Of a stretch of DNA of 64,000 nt, positions 52,499 to 62,667 are shown one piece after another; positions within the stretch are counted from its first letter, which is position 1; every line of letters begins with the position of its first letter. The stretch lies in the NCBI GenBank assembly GCA_965237805.1, contig OZ250153.1:544001-608000 (forward strand), given 5' to 3'. Position numbers and translations under genes: made by a program. Origin of the DNA: Gammaproteobacteria bacterium. GTDB taxonomy: Bacteria > Pseudomonadota > Gammaproteobacteria > JABABF01. Under the pieces are notes generated by a model. The model saw only the letters and a program-made list of their open reading frames with translations, had not been told where the DNA came from and made no database searches.

Positions 52499-54009
52499 CA
52501 CTCCCCTACCTCCTCCATGCGACGCAGCAGTCGCTGCGCGACAGCGGTGTCGCTGTGCTCGACTGGCCCCTCGGCGAGCCACTGGACAGCCTCGTGCCCC
52601 TTGCCCGCGATCAACACTTGATCGCCAGCATTGCAGGCGCGAATCGCACACTCGATGGCACTGCGCCGATCGGGCTCGACCAAAGCCTCCTGCGGTGCCA
52701 CCATGCCTTCTGTGATCTGCGCCAAAATGACTGCCGAGCTCTCGCCGCGCGGATTGTCATCACTCAGCACCACGCGATCTGCCAGACGCTCTGCCACCGC
52801 CCCCATCAACGGGCGCTTGGTCACATCGCGCTCACCGCCACAACCAAACACACACCACAACCGTCCCCCGTCAGCTCGATCGCGCAGCGCTTCCAATGCC
52901 GATGCCAAACCCTGCGGCGTGTGGGCATAGTCCACCCAGACTCCGATGCCGAGCGCATTCTCCACCCGCTCCATCCGCCCCGGTGGTGGCGGCACCGCCG
53001 CCAGTGCATCGGTGATCTGCCGCACTGACCAGCGATCCTCAGCCACCAGCGCGGCGGCGGCGGCCAATATGTTATGCAGGTTGAGGTGCCCACACAGCGC
53101 GCTTTCAAAGGGTTCTCGCTCATCGCCGATGCACAGCAGGCAGCTGATGCCATCGGGGGTGAGCCGGGGCGATTCGACACGCAGCTCGACCGCGGGTAGC
53201 TCAAGGCTGTAGCGCAACACGCACAGCTCTGGGGCGAGCTGGGGCGACAACTCAGCGCTAAACGGATCATCTGCATTCAGCACCACGGCGCTGAGTCCAG
53301 GATGGGTGAACAGCCGCGCTTTGGCAGCGCGGTAAGCATCCAATGAGCTGTGGTAGTCGAGGTGATCTCGGCTCAGATTGGTCAATACGGCGGTGTGGAT
53401 CTGCACTGCCTCGGCACGACCCTGAGCCAAGGCGTGTGAACTGAGTTCCAATGCGACCGCCGCGATGCCGCCGCGACGTAACCGCTCTAGCAGACGCTGC
53501 AAATTGAAAGGATCTGGTGTCGTCATGCCAATCTCTTCAAGCAGTTCATCGCGACCAGCGATACTGCAACCCAAGGTCCCGATCACCCCACAATTGCCAG
53601 CGAGCCGCGCATGGGCACCAGCATATAGATGGCATACCGAGGTCTTGCCGTCCGTGCCGGTGACGGCAGTGATCGCCAGCTGCGCCGAGGGGGCACCGTA
53701 AAAGCGATCGGCGATGGCACTGAGTCGATGGCGCAGACCAGCCAATCGCAACACCGGTACCGACAGATCGGCGGGCGGCTCGTAGTCCGGATCGGCATCG
53801 ACCAGCACGACCGCGGCACCGCGTCGCACGGCGTCGTCGATGAAATCTCGACCGTCACCGAGGGTGCCCCGCAGCGCGCAAAACAGATCTCCCGGACACA
53901 CGCGCCGACTGTCCAGCGCCAAGCCAGTGACATCAGGATCGCAGTCAGGCAGCTCGCACTCGAGTGGCAACAGGGCGCTGAGCGGCTGCGATTGCGGGGC
54001 AGCGATCAT
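52498..54009 (-). CDS. murE: UDP-MurNAc-dipeptide--DAP ligase
   Basis: TGTDGKTS, SSHAL, DHLDYH, DYAHTP, DNPR, AGKGHE. Confidence 0.96.
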   Translation of the reverse strand: MIAAPQSQPLSALLPLECELPDCDPDVTGLALDSRRVCPGDLFCALRGTLGDGRDFIDDAVRRGAAVVLVDADPDYEPPADLSVPVLRLAGLRHRLSAIADRFYGAPSAQLAITAVTGTDGKTSVCHLYAGAHARLAGNCGVIGTLGCSIAGRDELLEEIGMTTPDPFNLQRLLERLRRGGIAAVALELSSHALAQGRAEAVQIHTAVLTNLSRDHLDYHSSLDAYRAAKARLFTHPGLSAVVLNADDPFSAELSPQLAPELCVLRYSLELPAVELRVESPRLTPDGISCLLCIGDEREPFESALCGHLNLHNILAAAAALVAEDRWSVRQITDALAAVPPPPGRMERVENALGIGVWVDYAHTPQGLASALEALRDRADGGRLWCVFGCGGERDVTKRPLMGAVAERLADRVVLSDDNPRGESSAVILAQITEGMVAPQEALVEPDRRSAIECAIRACNAGDQVLIAGKGHEAVQWLAEGPVEHSDTAVAQRLLRRMEEVGE

Positions 54010-55817
54010 CGGACCGTTCGATTGTGCGGCGGAGAAAAGGCCACACGTAACCGGTCGGGAGGCACATTGAGCAGACGCAGGGCAAAATCGGCGACGCGGG
54101 AAAAAACTGGTGCCGACACACTGCCCCCAAAGTGCGTGTCACCACGAGGTTCGTCGACCATCACCACCACCACAATGCGCGGTCGCGAAGCTGGCGCGAG
54201 GCCAGCAAAGAGCGCAATGTGTTGGTTCTCTTGATAGCCGCCACCGCCAATCTTGTGTACCGTGCCAGTCTTGCCCAGCGCACGATAGGCCAGTAGTGCG
54301 GCGCGGTGCCCGGTGCCGCCGGGGGCGACCGCACCCTCAAGCATATCGAGTAGCTGCTGTGCAATGCCACGGTCCATCACCCGTACGCCCTCAGCTGCCC
54401 CCGCCGACCGCCGCTTCTGAAAAGTCACTGGTCGCAACAGGCCGTCACCACCAAACACCGCATAGGCTCGCGCCAGCTGCAAGACGGTAGCCGACATACC
54501 GTGTCCAAAGGCTAGGGTGGCGCGCTCTAAATCGTTCCACTGGTCGCGTCGCGGCAACCGCCCTTCAGGCTCACCGGGGAAACCGCTGCCGGTACCCTGC
54601 CCAAAGCCGACCCGACGCAGCATCTCCGGCAAGCGTCCCGACGGCAGCTCCAACGCCACCCGGCTAATGCCCACTTGGCTGGATCGTGCAATCACGGAGG
54701 ATAGGCTCAAAGTGCCGTAATCGTGCGGATCCGACAGCTCCTTGCCGTTCAGTTCAAGGTGACCAGGGCTGGTGTCTATCAGCGTCTGCGGCGTGTAGAG
54801 ACCGCTTTCCAGAGCCGCTGCAGCCGCGAAAGGCTTGATCGTCGAGCCTGGCTCCAGCAGATCCAACACTGCCCGGTTGCGTTGCGACGCGAGGCTGAGC
54901 ACACGGCGATCATTGGGGTTGTGCGAGGGCTGGTTGGCCACCGCCAACACCTCTCCACTGGGGATGTCGAGCACGACGATCGAACCGGAGATCGCCCCAT
55001 GAGTCGCGATGGCTTCTTTCAGTTCGCGATAGGCCAGATATTGCAAACGCAAGTCAATACTGCTCTGCAGTTGCCGACCGCGCCGCGGCTGCTGCAGGAC
55101 ACGCAAAGGACGAATGACGCTGCCACGACGGTCGCGCAACAATAGCTGATTGCCCGGGCTGCCTTGTAACCAACGGTCATAGGCCAGCTCCATGCCCTCC
55201 AAGCCACGGTCGTCGACATTGGTCAGCCCCACCACGCTGGCACTGACCTCAGCCGAAGGGTAGTAACGCCGATACTCGGGGCGGGTATGCACGCCGGGGA
55301 GCTCCAGCTGCAGCGCTTGAGAAGCCAAGGCCGGCTCGACTTGGCGGCGCAGATACATGAACTGACGCTGACTGTTCTGCGCCAAGGATTTGTCCAGCGC
55401 CGCTGGCAAGATGCCTAAGAGCCGGGCGAGTTCCGCACGCTGCTCGGCACTCGCTGTGGCCAGATCGCTGGGCACCGCATACAGCGAGACCATTGGGATG
55501 CTGACCGCCAACGGCGCGCCGTGGCGGTCGGTAATCTGGCCGCGGTGGGCATCGATGGACTGGCGGTAGACCGTACTCGCCGATCCCCTTTGTTGCAGGA
55601 AGTGGTGGCCGTGCTCGCCCGCCTCACGCACTTGCAGGGAAAAGGCTCCCCAGCCAGCAGCCAGTGGCAACAGCAGCAACACAACAACGCTCAGGCAGAA
55701 GCGCCATGGCGTGCACAACGTTTCGACCGGGGCGGCGATACGGTACGCCGTACTCTGCAAGTGCTGCCTGATCCGCCTTTGCTGCCGTCTCCCCGTCGCC
55801 ATAGCTAGCTCCCTCAA
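54006..55817 (-). CDS. ftsI: Penicillin-binding protein 3
   Basis: RGQITDRHG, RRYYP, EPGSTIK (SxxK), GKTGT. Confidence 0.95.
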   Translation of the reverse strand: MRELAMATGRRQQRRIRQHLQSTAYRIAAPVETLCTPWRFCLSVVVLLLLPLAAGWGAFSLQVREAGEHGHHFLQQRGSASTVYRQSIDAHRGQITDRHGAPLAVSIPMVSLYAVPSDLATASAEQRAELARLLGILPAALDKSLAQNSQRQFMYLRRQVEPALASQALQLELPGVHTRPEYRRYYPSAEVSASVVGLTNVDDRGLEGMELAYDRWLQGSPGNQLLLRDRRGSVIRPLRVLQQPRRGRQLQSSIDLRLQYLAYRELKEAIATHGAISGSIVVLDIPSGEVLAVANQPSHNPNDRRVLSLASQRNRAVLDLLEPGSTIKPFAAAAALESGLYTPQTLIDTSPGHLELNGKELSDPHDYGTLSLSSVIARSSQVGISRVALELPSGRLPEMLRRVGFGQGTGSGFPGEPEGRLPRRDQWNDLERATLAFGHGMSATVLQLARAYAVFGGDGLLRPVTFQKRRSAGAAEGVRVMDRGIAQQLLDMLEGAVAPGGTGHRAALLAYRALGKTGTVHKIGGGGYQENQHIALFAGLAPASRPRIVVVVMVDEPRGDTHFGGSVSAPVFSRVADFALRLLNVPPDRLRVAFSPPHNRTVR

Positions 55818-55823
55818 CCCACC

Positions 55824-56156
55824 TCAGGGGCCAACTCGCACCAAGACGATGTCTCGCTGATTCGGTTGCTCCATACCCAATGCACTACGGGCAATGTGAT
55901 CGATGCGTGCATGGGCATACCAAGCGCTTTTCTCCAGCTGCAACGCACGCCAAGACCATTGCAGGTCGCGCGCCAGCTGTTGTTCATGGCGCAATTCGCG
56001 ATAGAGCAGGCGGCTGTTGTGGGTGCTGTGCACCACCCCAAGCGCCACGATCAAGCTCAGCACGAGCAACAGCGCGATGATGCCGAGCTCCAGCGATTCC
56101 TCGCGTACGCGCACAACAGGTACCGCCACACAGCGCTCCACAGTGGCGCTAGTCAT
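55824..56156 (-). CDS. ftsL: Cell division protein FtsL
   Basis: Single TM plus coiled coil, [17 protein letters not shown]; lies between rsmH and ftsI. Confidence 0.88.
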   Translation of the reverse strand: MTSATVERCVAVPVVRVREESLELGIIALLLVLSLIVALGVVHSTHNSRLLYRELRHEQQLARDLQWSWRALQLEKSAWYAHARIDHIARSALGMEQPNQRDIVLVRVGP

Positions 56157-57105
56157 ATGGCAAACGTTGCGCGACGCGCATGATGGCACTGCGGGAACGC
56201 GGATTGCGTGCCAATTCCTCAGCGCCGGGGCGCAAGCGTGACAATTGCTGCAGTCGCGGTGCGCGGCGCACCGGTGGTGGCAGGCCGGGCGGCGGTGGCT
56301 CTAGTCCCGCTTCGGCACGTAAAAAATGCTTGACGATACGATCTTCCAACGAGTGAAAGCTCAACACAACTAGACGCCCGCCAGGCTGTAGCAGATCCGG
56401 CAGCTGCTTCAACACTGCTTCCAGCTCCCACAGCTCTTGATTGAGGTGGATGCGCAAAGCTTGAAAAGTGCGTGTGGCCGGGTGGCGCGGTGTATTGCTA
56501 CCGCCGCTAACTCGGGCGACCAGCGCCGCCAACTGCTGGGTGTGACGTAGCGGCTCTCGACGGCCAGCGGCGACAATGGCTGCGGCGATGCGGTGCGCAC
56601 GGCGCTCCTCCCCGTAGCCGCGCAGGACACGGGCGATCTCGCTCTCCTCAGCCTGTGCCAACCAAGCTGCGGCACCGAGCCCAGTCCCCGGATCCATCCG
56701 CATGTCGAGCGGACCGTTATGCTGGAAGCTAAAGCCCCGCTCGGGGGATAGCAGCTGCGCAGATGAGACACCGAGGTCGAGCAAGACACCGGCCATCGGG
56801 GGTGCCCCACGCCGCGCCAAAAGCTCGCCGAGTGCCGAGAAGCGCCCCTGCTCAATAGAGAAACGCGGATCGGCGCTGAGCGTTGCGGCAGCGGCCACTG
56901 CTTCTGGATCCCGGTCCATCGCCAACAGCCGACCGCTGTCCGAGAGCTGGGAGAGGATCGCGCGCGCATGACCACCGCGGCCAAAGGTGGCATCGACATA
57001 GAAGCCGCCAGAGCTCCAGACCAAAGCTGCCACCGCTTCACGTAACAGGACGCTGTGGTGGCTGAGCCCCGCATCACAATGGCTCGTCTGCCCACTCGCC
57101 GTCAT
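56149..57105 (-). CDS. rsmH: 16S rRNA m4C1402 methyltransferase
   Basis: [42 protein letters not shown]. Confidence 0.96.
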   Translation of the reverse strand: MTASGQTSHCDAGLSHHSVLLREAVAALVWSSGGFYVDATFGRGGHARAILSQLSDSGRLLAMDRDPEAVAAAATLSADPRFSIEQGRFSALGELLARRGAPPMAGVLLDLGVSSAQLLSPERGFSFQHNGPLDMRMDPGTGLGAAAWLAQAEESEIARVLRGYGEERRAHRIAAAIVAAGRREPLRHTQQLAALVARVSGGSNTPRHPATRTFQALRIHLNQELWELEAVLKQLPDLLQPGGRLVVLSFHSLEDRIVKHFLRAEAGLEPPPPGLPPPVRRAPRLQQLSRLRPGAEELARNPRSRSAIMRVAQRLPYD

Positions 57106-57595
57106 CACCAGACTCGCTGTACTCGCTTTGCTCACTGCTATCGCCATAGCTCAGCGTCGCGCCAAGACTCTCGGCGACCTCCGGTGGCACATTGTCGAGT
57201 GTGTCCTCCAACAAATCGGTATGCCACAGTTCCAAGTGAGCACCCATGCCTAGCAAGATGCAATCCTCGCGCAGCTCCAGCTTCGCTTGACGGCGCAGCG
57301 GTGGCGGCACAGTGAAACGCCAATTGGAATCCAGCTCGGCGCTAACCGCCTGCATGATGAAGCGGCGGGCCATCAATTGATCGGCGCGCTGAGATGTCAC
57401 ATGGCGGCGAAAATGCGCCCGCTTGCGCTGCCAATCGATACCTTGAAAGAGGCACAGGCAATCCTCGGTGGGGTGTCTGGCGATCGTCAGCACCCTAGAG
57501 CCCTCTGGCGGTACTAGGATGGTCCGCAGATCGACCGGTACGACAAAGCGCCCTTTGGCATCCAAGCGCACAAGTTTGGAGCATTCCAAATCCAC
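57074..57595 (-). CDS. mraZ: Transcriptional regulator MraZ
   Basis: LDAKGR and a second LDSNWR repeat, GMGAHLELW; first gene of the dcw cluster. Confidence 0.9.
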   Translation of the reverse strand: MDLECSKLVRLDAKGRFVVPVDLRTILVPPEGSRVLTIARHPTEDCLCLFQGIDWQRKRAHFRRHVTSQRADQLMARRFIMQAVSAELDSNWRFTVPPPLRRQAKLELREDCILLGMGAHLELWHTDLLEDTLDNVPPEVAESLGATLSYGDSSEQSEYSESGDDGEWADEPL

Positions 57596-57645
57596 AGCTT
57601 GAGATTCCCTCGCCGGGCATTAGCAGCGGCCATGCCCATGGTGAA

Positions 57646-57680
57646 CCACATTCTACCACAAAATCCCACTAAATACCACC
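57646..57680 (-). promoter_or_regulatory. MraZ-binding direct repeats
   Basis: Four GTGG units at an exact 10-bp period (GGTGGTATTT AGTGGGATTT TGTGGTAGAA TGTGG) upstream of mraZ. Confidence 0.8.
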
Positions 57681-57833
57681 TTGTGGAATGCTGGATCAGA
57701 GCTGGGGTACAGCCACCACCAAGAACAGGCAAAATCGCCTATGTCGGCTTGTGGAATAGCCCTTTGGGATCGGGCTGCCATCGCTGCTTGCGGATCGCTG
57801 GCAAGGGGCGCGCAGCGACCGGGCGGTGGGGGA

Positions 57834-58198
57834 CGGAGCCGACCTATAAGCCGGATTCTGTGCATCCAAGCCTAAGCCGGATACGGCAGCCATTCATCTA
57901 GAGCCTGCGTCACCGCAGGCCTCAAGCGACCTACCCGAACCCCATGCACGCGGGCCACGCAGGGGCTCTATTTGGTCTTGCTCCAAGTGGGGTTTGCACT
58001 GCCGCGGTGTGTTGCCACCCGCGCGGTGCGCTCTTACCGCACCTTTTCACCCTTACCCGGCACGAGCCGGGCGGTATGTTTTCTGTTGCACTGTCCGTGG
58101 GCTCGCGCCCCCCAGGAGTTACCTGGCACCCTACCCTGTGGAGCCCGGACTTTCCTCCCGACACCTTCCGGCACCCGGCGGCTGCCCGGTCGACTCCG
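57834..58198 (-). ncRNA. rnpB: RNase P RNA (type A)
   Basis: GAGGAAAGTCCGGGCTCC, GGGTGAAAAGGTGCGGTAAGAGCGCACC, 3' CAGAATCCGGCTTATAGGTCGGCTCC pairing with 5' GGAGTCGACC. Confidence 0.97.
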
Positions 58199-58247
58199 CC
58201 ACAGACAGCATAGCGGTGAAAGGTGGCTGAGCGCAAGCGCCGTGCCA

Positions 58248-59090
58248 TCAGCCACGCTTTGAGCGCAAGGACAAGGCCAGCTGGTACAGCTGCCGCCGCG
58301 GGACGCGGCTCAGGCGGGCGGCCAGCGTCACGGCACGCGAAAAAGGCAATTCTGCAAGCAATAATGAGAGTAGCCGACGCGATTCCTCTTCATCTGCCGC
58401 CTGCTCAGACGCTCCCTCGACCAACAGCACTAGCTCGCCCCGGCGTTGTTCGGGGTCGTCTGCTACCCAGTCACGCAATTCGCCCAAGCTGGCCCGGCGA
58501 ACCGTCTCATGGACTTTGCTCAGCTCGCGCGCCAGAGCCGCTCGGCGTTCGCTGCCAAAGACCTCGACTGCAGCCGCCAAGAAGGCGCAGAGACGGTGTG
58601 GTGCCTCGAAAAACACCAACGTGCGCGGCTCGCCAAGCAAGGCTTCGAGACGGTGGCGGCGCGCGGCGGCGCGCGGCGGTAAAAAGCCTTCAAATATGAA
58701 GCGCTGGGTGGGTAGTCCGGCCACGCTGAGTGCAGCCGTCAGGGCACTGGGCCCCGGCACCGCACGCACTGGCACCCCTGCGCCGAGCGCGAGGTCGACC
58801 AAGGCGTAACCGGGATCACTGACCATGGGCGTGCCAGCATCGCTGACCAAAGCCAAAGCCGCCCCCGCACTGAGCCGCTCCGCCAAGCGCCGCACACTGG
58901 CTGGAGGACTGTGTTCATGGCAGGAAGCCAAGGGCGTGGCGATGCCAAAATGGGTCAAAAGACGCTTGGTGTGACGGGTGTCCTCGGCCACCACCAAGTC
59001 GACCTCGCGCAACACTTCCAGTGCACGGGGTATCATGTCGCCTAAATTGCCAATCGGCGTCGCGACAACATATAGACCCGGTCTCTCCAT
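58248..59090 (-). CDS. rsmI: 16S rRNA Cm1402 methyltransferase
   Basis: LYVVATPIGNLGD, AEDTR, SDAGTP.VSDPG, RELSKVHE; GGAGG SD before ATG 59090. Confidence 0.96.
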   Translation of the reverse strand: MERPGLYVVATPIGNLGDMIPRALEVLREVDLVVAEDTRHTKRLLTHFGIATPLASCHEHSPPASVRRLAERLSAGAALALVSDAGTPMVSDPGYALVDLALGAGVPVRAVPGPSALTAALSVAGLPTQRFIFEGFLPPRAAARRHRLEALLGEPRTLVFFEAPHRLCAFLAAAVEVFGSERRAALARELSKVHETVRRASLGELRDWVADDPEQRRGELVLLVEGASEQAADEEESRRLLSLLLAELPFSRAVTLAARLSRVPRRQLYQLALSLRSKRG

Positions 59091-60996
59091 GTCGTCCCTC
59101 CCCGCTCTCTTCAAACACTTGGCAGCTCCCTTGCTGGTAGCGCTCTGTGTCACTGCCTGCGAAGCCACTCTGCTACTGCCTGCCATGCTGGATACGGCAC
59201 TAGAACAAGACAGCGGCGAGATAGAGCAGATACTCTATCTCGCCGCCACCGAACCAGCTCCGTTCAACCATCGCCACCGCATGGAAGCCGCCAGATTGCT
59301 GCACGACGGCGGACAGCCCAAACTAGCGTACCAACTGCTGGCGGACATAGACCATAGCCAACTCAATGACGAAGATTTCTCAATTTTTACTATACAGTAC
59401 GCACAGCTATTACTGGCGTTGGACGAGACCAAGGCGGCACTGGATTTTTTGCACCAGCCTCGGGTTTCCCAGATCTCGCCATGGCAGCCGCAACAAGAAC
59501 GCGCCACAATCTCAATGCTGCGTGGCTACGGGCGGATTATTAACAATCAGGGCATGGCCGCGCTGCGGGATCTGAGCCACGCTGAGGCACTGTTGTCAGG
59601 CCCGGTGCGCACGCCATTGCGCCAAGCCATATGGGAGTTGCTGATACATACCCCGCGAGCGCAATTGCAGCAAGAGCGGGACGGCACGCTGACCACGACT
59701 GATGAGCCGACATTGCGTGGCTGGCTGGAGCTGGCCTTGCTGTGCCGAGACTACGACAGCAGCCCAGCGCAACAGGTCGCCAACCTGAGCCGCTGGCAAC
59801 GACAGTGGTCGGGGCACCCGGCTAGGCTGAGCCTGCCACCAGCGGCACGACTGTTGTTGGCACCACCACAACAAGCTCAACAAATCGCCTTGTTCCTGCC
59901 ACTGAGCGGTCAATTGGCCGAGATCGGTGCCGCCGTGCAAAACGGCGTGCTGGCAGCTTGGTATGCCGATAGATCTGACAATGCGGCAGCACCGATACTG
60001 CAGGTGATCGATACCGGCATTGAAGAAGATCTCATCGCCGCCTATCAGCGCGTCGTCGAAGAGGGCGCAGAGCTGGTGATCGGGCCGCTGGACCGGGATC
60101 GAATCCGTGTCATATTGCAACAAGAACAGCTGTCAATTCCCGTGCTGGCGCTGAATCAAATCAGCACAGACGGGAAACCGACACCGGTGAACAGCTACCA
60201 ATTTGGATTGAGCCCCAACAATGAGCTGCGGCAAATCACCAACATCGCTAGTGCCAGAAAATTGCACCACAGCTTGGTGTTCCGCCCCAAACGGGAATCG
60301 GCGCAGCAGCTGGGCGCAGAGTTTAGCGCGCTGTGGCTCGACAACGCCGAGGACAACCGCCTAGTCGCCGAGGTCGAATACGGCAAAGAGCGCCAGCTAT
60401 CGCGCGATGTAGAACGCTCCCTGTTGCTACACCAGAGTGAGCGGCGTAGCCGGGTATTGCAACAAGTACTGGGCCAGCGCTTCCACAATGAGCCGAGGCG
60501 GCGCCAAGATGTGGACTTCGCCGTACTGCTAGCCCCGCCTTTCACTGGTCGCCTGCTGAAACCATTGCTACAATTCCACCGCGCTGGCACAGTGCCAGTG
60601 TTGGCGCTGTCCCGCATACATGATGGGCAGGACAACCCGGATCGCAACACCGACTTGGATGGCACACAGTTCCCGGAACTGCCCTGGCTATTGGAAGCGA
60701 GCGAGCTGCGTCAATCGGTCGATGTGTTGCTGGCACCACCCGAGTTACAGCGCATGCACGCGCTGGGGAGCAGTGCCTATCGCCTAGCGCAGTGGCTACC
60801 CAGAATGAGCGCAGACCCTCGTCTGCGCCTCTACGGCCCAACGGGTCTATTGCAGCTCAACAGCAACGGCCACATTCAGCGTCACATGATGTGGGCCACC
60901 ATACGCAATGGGCGGGTACATGTGCTGCCCAGCCACGCGGCACTGGCACCACTGCAACGCAGCTTGGACACTATCCGCACACAGAGACAGAGATGA
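59089..60996 (+). CDS. lpoA: Penicillin-binding protein activator LpoA (LppC family lipoprotein)
   Basis: Lipobox-like VTAC, GWLEL, IALFLPLSG, IGPL, FGLSP, RRRQDVD, DLDG; divergent from rsmI. Confidence 0.88.
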   Translation: MSSLPALFKHLAAPLLVALCVTACEATLLLPAMLDTALEQDSGEIEQILYLAATEPAPFNHRHRMEAARLLHDGGQPKLAYQLLADIDHSQLNDEDFSIFTIQYAQLLLALDETKAALDFLHQPRVSQISPWQPQQERATISMLRGYGRIINNQGMAALRDLSHAEALLSGPVRTPLRQAIWELLIHTPRAQLQQERDGTLTTTDEPTLRGWLELALLCRDYDSSPAQQVANLSRWQRQWSGHPARLSLPPAARLLLAPPQQAQQIALFLPLSGQLAEIGAAVQNGVLAAWYADRSDNAAAPILQVIDTGIEEDLIAAYQRVVEEGAELVIGPLDRDRIRVILQQEQLSIPVLALNQISTDGKPTPVNSYQFGLSPNNELRQITNIASARKLHHSLVFRPKRESAQQLGAEFSALWLDNAEDNRLVAEVEYGKERQLSRDVERSLLLHQSERRSRVLQQVLGQRFHNEPRRRQDVDFAVLLAPPFTGRLLKPLLQFHRAGTVPVLALSRIHDGQDNPDRNTDLDGTQFPELPWLLEASELRQSVDVLLAPPELQRMHALGSSAYRLAQWLPRMSADPRLRLYGPTGLLQLNSNGHIQRHMMWATIRNGRVHVLPSHAALAPLQRSLDTIRTQRQR

Positions 60997-61376
60997 AGCG
61001 AGCTGGGATACCCGCCAGCACACACTCGGTGGCGAGTGGACAGGCCACTGAAACGCAGGCCTTGGCATGGTTGCAGCGGCGCGGGACGCGCTTAATCGCT
61101 CGCAACTACCGCTGCCGTAGCGGAGAGATCGACCTGATCGTTGAAGATGGCACAGTGTTGGCTTTTGTTGAGGTGCGCCGCCGCCGACATCAGCAATTCG
61201 GTGGTGCTGCCGCATCAGTCACCCCGGCCAAACAACGCCGCCTAGCGCAGGCAGCGCAGCACTTCCTCGCCGGTCGCTCCGAGCTACCGCCATGCCGCTT
61301 CGATGTGATCTGCTTTGACGGCGCGCCTCCCGCCAAAATCCGTTGGATCAAAAATGCCTTTATGCTACCCTTGTAA
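60993..61376 (+). CDS. yraN: YraN (UPF0102) family protein
   Basis: RNYRCRSGEIDLI, FVEVR, KQRRL, CRFDVI. Confidence 0.93.
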   Translation: MKRAGIPASTHSVASGQATETQALAWLQRRGTRLIARNYRCRSGEIDLIVEDGTVLAFVEVRRRRHQQFGGAAASVTPAKQRRLAQAAQHFLAGRSELPPCRFDVICFDGAPPAKIRWIKNAFMLPL

Positions 61377-61407
61377 ATAAGTAGCCTTAGACCGCATCAC
61401 AGCCTAA

Positions 61408-61992
61408 ATGCAAGCCCCTTGGGTCACTCTGCCCACCATGCTCACTCTCGCACTGCTCTCATCTTGCGCAACAGCCAGATTGGTGACGGGCAACTACTTT
61501 GGCTTGGTCTCAGAAGCAGTGCCAAAGGAGGTGCGTGGACGCGGCCTCAGCGATCTGTTGCAAGAGCACCACACCACCGACCTAATCAAAGATGCTTTGC
61601 GACACCTAGATCCTGCTCTGGAGAAAAATATTAGGGTGCATCTCTATGGCAACACAGCTCTGTTGATAGGCTATGTTGGTACCGCGCAACTGCGGGAACA
61701 GACCACTAAAGTGGTGGCGAATGTCCGCGGGGTACACTTGGTACTCAACGAGCTGCAGACCACCGCTCCAAGCACTGCCAACCGCCTGCAGGACAATCTA
61801 CTCGTCGGCCAAGTTAAAACTAAACTGGCCACCCGAGCCGATATTGATGTTGACCGGGTCAAGGTGGTCGGCCTAGATCGCACCATTTACCTGCTCGGCA
61901 ACTTGCCCACGGCTGTGCGGGATGATATTGGCCAGCTGGCGCAACAGGTGTCGGGCGTGCGCACCATCGTCAACCGGATCTCATCCGACTGA
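61408..61992 (+). CDS. Dual BON-domain lipoprotein (DolP/YraP-like)
   Basis: Lipobox LSSC and two BON-like repeats; follows yraN. Confidence 0.8.
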   Translation: MQAPWVTLPTMLTLALLSSCATARLVTGNYFGLVSEAVPKEVRGRGLSDLLQEHHTTDLIKDALRHLDPALEKNIRVHLYGNTALLIGYVGTAQLREQTTKVVANVRGVHLVLNELQTTAPSTANRLQDNLLVGQVKTKLATRADIDVDRVKVVGLDRTIYLLGNLPTAVRDDIGQLAQQVSGVRTIVNRISSD

Positions 61993-62061
61993 GCCACCAG
62001 CCGGGCACCACCTTGGGCGATAGCAAAAAGAGCATCACGCCCCCCGTCACCAGCACCCCAC

Positions 62062-62664
62062 TCAGCGCATTTCGCGCTCGCCCTCGGTCAGGCTAGCACG
62101 GAAGCTGCGGGTGGCGAACAGACGTTTCATGTACTGTACCATCGGCAGCGTGCGGCGGGTCTGGCGCAACTGCACCTTGAGTGCTGGCAGGCGCCACAAC
62201 AGTGGCCCCAAGCACACATCGACCAAGCTCATCACGTCGTGCATGAACCACTCTTTCTCGTCGTACAGGGGCAACATGGCAGACAAGTTTTCGCGCAACT
62301 CCGTGCGCGCCTTGTCGCGACGCCGGGGCGGCCCGTTGACAATGATGTCCGCCGGATCGCACAGATCCTTTTGGATGCGAAAAATCAACTGGCGCAATTC
62401 GGCTCGTGCCAACGGCATCACTGGCAACAGCTTGGGATAGGGAAAGCGTTCCTCCATATATTCCATCATGGTCATGTGGTCATAGAGCGTGATTTCACGG
62501 CTGACCAAGGTCGGCAACAGATTGTAGGGATTGACATCCAGCAGCTCTTGGGACTGTCGGCGGTGATCGATGGGGATCAGCTCGAAAGACATCGCTTTGA
62601 CGCCCAGCAGGAGGCGAATGCGGTGGCTGTACTGCGAGTTATCAGAGTAGAGACGCATAACCAT
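62062..62664 (-). CDS. sspA: Stringent starvation protein A (GST fold)
   Basis: YSHRIR, NPYNLLPTLV, EYMEERFP, PLLWRL, SLTEGEREMR; follows petC. Confidence 0.93.
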   Translation of the reverse strand: MVMRLYSDNSQYSHRIRLLLGVKAMSFELIPIDHRRQSQELLDVNPYNLLPTLVSREITLYDHMTMMEYMEERFPYPKLLPVMPLARAELRQLIFRIQKDLCDPADIIVNGPPRRRDKARTELRENLSAMLPLYDEKEWFMHDVMSLVDVCLGPLLWRLPALKVQLRQTRRTLPMVQYMKRLFATRSFRASLTEGEREMR

Positions 62665-62667
62665 AGA

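Noticed and set aside
57931-58248. ORFs over the rnpB region
   Set aside because: They are spurious frames overlapping the RNase P RNA gene.
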